From Seison nebaliae (taxonomy: Eukaryota): a DNA stretch of 40,679 nt. The stretch lies in the NCBI GenBank assembly GCA_023231475.1, contig JALJEE010000615.1, positions 1 through 40,679 on the forward strand, in the 5' to 3' direction. Below are positions 36,190 to 40,679 of the stretch, one piece after another (the stretch's first letter is position 1; every line of letters begins with the position of its first letter). The position numbers and the translations under genes were made by a program. The notes beneath the pieces were generated by a model. That model was not told the origin of the DNA, did no database searches, and worked only from the letters and a program-made list of their open reading frames with translations.

Positions 36190-37734
36190 TTATAAGAAAA
36201 ACTTGATAATAAAATAAGTTTCGTTAAGAAATCGACTATGAAAAATGATTTGGGAATGTGTAGTTGTTTTGGGATGATATGGGAAGTACTTCTCCCACAT
36301 ATCTCTTACATATTGAGGTTTATTGGGTTCGATTAAAAGGATTAATGCTGCAGCGAAACGATTATTTCGATTTAATCTCTCGAAAATAATTGGGAGTAAA
36401 CGATCAATCATCAATTCCCTTCCATCGTCATTTCCACCATTGAATGCTAATTTCTCTAATTGAGAAGTTATTGATGTTCCTTCAATTTCCTCATCGGAAT
36501 TATAGGGAACATATGGTGGATTACTTACGATTAAATCGAATTTCCAATCTGATCTAATATTCTCAATTAAATTCATTCGAATTACATCGATATATTGTTC
36601 TTCCAATTCTTTCGTCATTTGAACGGCTTCATCATTCAAATCGGTTGCTATAGCTATTGAAAATGGAGAAGCGAAGAATTTCTTTATAGAATTTATGACG
36701 AAACCGGAACCACTGCCAATTTCGAGAAAACTTGTAAAATTTGAAAATATTTCCGAATTTCTCCAATCCACATCTTTTTCATTTGATGATGTTGCTAACG
36801 ATTCAACAATTAATTGTTTCTGATATTTTTCAATTCCTGAACATAGAGCAAATGTATCGGAATATGGTTTGTAAACGTTCGGATATCTTCTCTCTAACAA
36901 TTCCGTTCGAATGGTTCCCCACAACTCACATTTCCCAATCGATTTCTCCAAATCGATAAATTTCATTTTTAATTTTTTCAAAAATTCTTTTCTTTCTTTT
37001 CCTGGTTTCATTAAAAAATACCGTTTTTCAGTATCAGAATATTGTGTTTTTGATTTTATCAAACATGATCGATAAGAACCGTCTTGCCAAGTCGTATTGA
37101 AACGATACAATAATTCACTTTTCTTACAATTATTTATCTTCAATTCACTTTCATAATTTTTTGTGGAATAAAACGGGAAATTGAATAATTCGCCCCAATC
37201 ATTCTGCACAAGAAATGCAGCGCGGAAAGCAAACCATCCACCAAACTCCGGATGAGACGAACATCCGAAAATACTTTTTAAATTTTTTAATTTTTCTCTA
37301 TAACATTCTCCATTGGCACAATCACAAAAATCGTCAACATCTTTCGATTGATAATATGGAATCTGTTTAGTGATATGTCCAATCGTTTGGAAGAGAAGAA
37401 TTGGTCGTCTCGTTGGAGTTACATCGAAATCATAAACAAATTTACTATTCTTATCTCCAGATATTTTCAGATATTTTTCAACGAAAAATTTCGTAAAATC
37501 GTTAATTGGATGAGTAATTTCTTCCAATTCGTCATCGGTCAATGAGAAGATATATGGAAGAAATGCTTTCTCGAACATCGACGGTTCACTAATTATGAGA
37601 AATGATCGAATATTATCGTTTGATGGAAATGGCTCATATTTCCTCTCATTTATCATCAATTCGTTATATTCATTTAAATTGAATTCGAAGATCTGAAAAC
37701 CAAAATTTTCCAAATTTTTAAATTTCTTCTCCAT
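36190..37734 (-). CDS. MMACHC-N6AMT1: Single-ORF fusion of MMACHC/CblC (cobalamin decyanase/dealkylase, N-terminal) and HEMK2/N6AMT1 SAM-dependent methyltransferase (C-terminal)
   Basis: CblC motifs PSMFEKAFLP, PTRRPILLFQT-GH, HPEFGGWFAFRA, FNTTWQDGSYR, YSDTEKRYF; HEMK2 motifs VYKPYSDTF, LEIGSGSG, ATDLN, SNPPYVP, GG-DGRE; no stop codon between the two parts. Confidence 0.88.
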   Translation of the reverse strand: MEKKFKNLENFGFQIFEFNLNEYNELMINERKYEPFPSNDNIRSFLIISEPSMFEKAFLPYIFSLTDDELEEITHPINDFTKFFVEKYLKISGDKNSKFVYDFDVTPTRRPILLFQTIGHITKQIPYYQSKDVDDFCDCANGECYREKLKNLKSIFGCSSHPEFGGWFAFRAAFLVQNDWGELFNFPFYSTKNYESELKINNCKKSELLYRFNTTWQDGSYRSCLIKSKTQYSDTEKRYFLMKPGKERKEFLKKLKMKFIDLEKSIGKCELWGTIRTELLERRYPNVYKPYSDTFALCSGIEKYQKQLIVESLATSSNEKDVDWRNSEIFSNFTSFLEIGSGSGFVINSIKKFFASPFSIAIATDLNDEAVQMTKELEEQYIDVIRMNLIENIRSDWKFDLIVSNPPYVPYNSDEEIEGTSITSQLEKLAFNGGNDDGRELMIDRLLPIIFERLNRNNRFAAALILLIEPNKPQYVRDMWEKYFPYHPKTTTHSQIIFHSRFLNETYFIIKFFL

Positions 37735-39350
37735 CACTTCCTCATTTATCGTCTCGTATAACAGTCGACTACACTTTCAAAATTTTCTCGGATTTCTCCT
37801 TATTAATTATAAATAATTTTCGGGTAAACATTTTATTTATGAGCTAACACTTATCGTAAATCGAATTTTCTATTTCGTGACTTGAGAAATAGAAAAAATT
37901 TTTGATTAATTACAACATCACTGATCGATGATTTTTTATAGTTTCTGTGCAAATTTCATGTAAATTATGATCTGAATTTTATTCTGATTATTTTTCGAAA
38001 CAGTTGTCTAAACATTGAGGAAATTGGGAAAGAGTGCACAACTTGTGCACAAAATCAAAACTATCCGATTTTATTCAATTAATCTAATCGAGATGTCTAT
38101 TCAAAGATTTGATTTATTGATTTTATTAATGGAAATAACGTTGAGTAAATTAGATAAGAATAAAAGTAATATTATTTTCACCTAATTTATGTACAGAAAT
38201 TTAAGGTCAGTTCTAGTATATGAACAGTTTTATCTAAAGTATTCGTCTAACTATTTGAGAATATGACGGATGGAAAGCTAGAGTTGTGAGAGATATGTAT
38301 GATGAGGTTTCCTTTATCATGTACAACTCAATATGTCGCACAGATGGAAGATTAGGGAGAAGAAAAAGAGAATCGTACTTGACATTGGAATTGATCTCTG
38401 TTTCATATGAACTGTAAAAAAATGTTTGTACCGTCTTCTTATTTATTATCATTCAATCATGAGTGAAATAATTACTCTCCTTAACGTTGGATGACATATT
38501 ACACATATTTTCTTACACATATACAACCCAATTAACGATAAATAAAAAGAAGCATTTAATATAGATTTCTATCCGACATTCGCTTCTTTTCTGCTTCTTC
38601 CCAATATTTATATTATTCTATAACATCTTTCTCTTACTTTTTCCTACTCTTCTTTACATTCGAGGAATTTCTAATACTTTCTAACACATTCTCTTCAAAC
38701 AATTTCGTCTGTATACGAAAAATTTTCTTTTCCTCTCAGAATTCCATTTCTAATTGTTCTTCTCGTACATGCATTATATCTACCGTTATTTGTTATTTGT
38801 TACGACTCATATTACATCATCCACTATTAATTCAATTAATATTCCTTCTCTTGTTATTCTAACATTCATCCAATTCATCATAAGATGATGCATTTTCAGA
38901 AGAATGCTACATTGTCAAATTCCTTTCATTATTTACTCATTCATTCATTCTTCTCATTAATAATTTTCCATTATCAATATTTGAATTCCTCCAATTTACT
39001 CTCTATATTGAAATATTCTCATTTTCAATTTTCCGTCAATATGGTTTTCTTCTCACGAAAAGAAAACTTTTCGATTACTATAATAATTTACTTTCGATTT
39101 TCTGTCTTCGAGCGCTATATTGGAGAAACTAATAAAATGTTTTTAAATCGTTAAATATTTGTAGAGTTATTCAGATTAGAACTTATTTTTAAGGTTTTTA
39201 TGCTGGACACAAATGATTGATGGTTAAACAGTTTTAATTTATGTAAATGGGAAAATTTGAGGATTAATTTGTGGAAATGGAATAATAAAGAACTTATGGA
39301 TGATCAATAAAATTGAAATAAATTATTCATCAAATTAGCTGGTTGGGAGG

Positions 39351-39812
39351 ATGGAATGTAAAAATAGATACAAATTATCCGAATGGTTATTCGTCATCTG
39401 TTGTACCATCGACCTATTATTAGCATTTATGCATGTTGTATTGAATACAATCACATTATCCAGTTCATTCAATTACCAAATTGATTACCAGCTCTATCTC
39501 TCCCTCTTCCTTATGGACATCTTCAACATTTGCATCTATCTCGTCAGTTACGTGAATGTACTCAAACGGAATCACGTCTTCCAACGAACACTTTCCTATA
39601 TTTATTTTACGAATATCGTCGTTCTTGCTTTCCTCACCGGATTCATGGCTGCAAGATTCATCCAAAATATTCCAATAACTAATTCATTCCCTTTCTACAA
39701 ATATCGATACATCGAAGTATTTTATCGAACTAAATTGAATATTGTCATTGCTGTTCTTTTAAATATCGGTTGTTTACTATTGACATGGTTGAACATCCAT
39801 TTACACTATTGA
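39351..39812 (+). CDS. Small hypothetical 4-TM membrane protein, intronless
   Basis: 153-codon ATG ORF with four hydrophobic segments and more balanced composition than its flanks; AATAAA just after the stop. No family recognised. Confidence 0.55.
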   Translation: MECKNRYKLSEWLFVICCTIDLLLAFMHVVLNTITLSSSFNYQIDYQLYLSLFLMDIFNICIYLVSYVNVLKRNHVFQRTLSYIYFTNIVVLAFLTGFMAARFIQNIPITNSFPFYKYRYIEVFYRTKLNIVIAVLLNIGCLLLTWLNIHLHY

Positions 39813-40460
39813 ACTTAAATAAACTTTTATTTTTCATTTTTTTTAAAATTATTACTAAATTTATTGATTTTTGTAAAAAACATGTATGGAATTTTAGAAT
39901 CATCATCTACGTAATTGTTATATAAATATTTTGTGCACGTTTCGTGCAGAAAACTTAAAAAAAGTTTTTAGAGAATAATTTATCAATTTTTAAATGTCAA
40001 TATATATTCAAAATTTTGATTAAAATTAGTAAAAAAAATGTCTAAAAGAGAAAAAAAAAATTTTTTTTTTCGACATGAACAAATCTACTGATAGTACATC
40101 TCTCAACAACTCCGCGTGCTCAGGCCTCCTCCAAGGAGCAACCCACCGATCACCGCCAATCACCAACCAACCCACCCGCTCTAAAAGGGAACGACCTGGA
40201 TCCCCCAGTCCGTCCCCAGAAAACGAAGAATCTGAACAAGAACTCCGCTCCGAAGAGAGTGTCGAACGTCCTTAAAGATCTGAATATGCAATTACCTTAA
40301 AGATCATTATAGCTAATCAGCAAATTATCATTGGGACAGACAATAAAACGATTAATTGCCAAATCTGCGAAAAAGGCACGAATTCTCGCGATCAAAGAAA
40401 GATTACATACTGAGACCTCCGTCAAATCGAGAACCAATGAGTCCTCGATCCCGAGTCTAG

Positions 40461-40570
40461 GACATAAGAGCCACGAGACATAAGAGCCACGAGACAAAAG
40501 AGCCACGGCACAAAAGAGCCACGAGACAAAAGAGCCACGGACAAAAGAGCCATGGACAAAAGAGCCATGG
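40461..40570 (+). repeat. Minisatellite, ~7 copies of a 15-16 bp unit GACA(T/A)AAGAGCCA(C/T)G(A)
   Basis: Directly visible tandem units with no unique spacers. Confidence 0.9.
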
Positions 40571-40679
40571 CAGACTTCTAAAAATGAGATATTTACTATA
40601 TTATAGATTCATTATTCTATAGATAGATTCATTACTATTCATGCCTTTTCTGTCTCTACTCCTAACTGAACCTTCTCCT

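Noticed and set aside
40461..40570. Tandem 15-16-bp repeats as a CRISPR array
   Set aside because: No unique spacers, the unit is too short, no cas genes, eukaryotic context

Overview
AT-rich, compact genomic DNA from an invertebrate animal, with no prokaryotic features. It is metazoan because it carries SMAD4, 7B2, Ral and protein 4.1; I cannot name the species. Joining the ORF fragments by hand across very short GT-AG introns (mostly 41-67 nt) gives about 14 complete protein genes: ENPP-family phosphodiesterase, Ral GTPase, SMAD4/Medea, neuroendocrine 7B2, galactose-3-O-sulfotransferase, a THAP-finger protein, an Ig-like membrane protein, a Pro/Gly/Cys-rich protein, a divergent tetraspanin, a small mucin-like membrane protein, protein 4.1/coracle, TMEM120, RPL10A and a single-ORF MMACHC + HEMK2/N6AMT1 fusion. 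There is also a probable small 4-TM protein, a partial gene at the left edge, a 575-bp hAT-like non-autonomous transposon and a minisatellite at the right edge. Main highlights: (1) 41 of 44 reconstructed introns start GTT, none starts GTA, and about a fifth end AAG, which points to rewired splice-site recognition. (2) A vitamin-B12-processing enzyme is fused to a SAM-dependent methyltransferase. (3) The only canonical GTGAGT donor opens a longer, structured RPL10A intron, a candidate autoregulatory element. (4) The Ral has Met in place of the catalytic Gln. All exon structures are manual inferences without RNA evidence.
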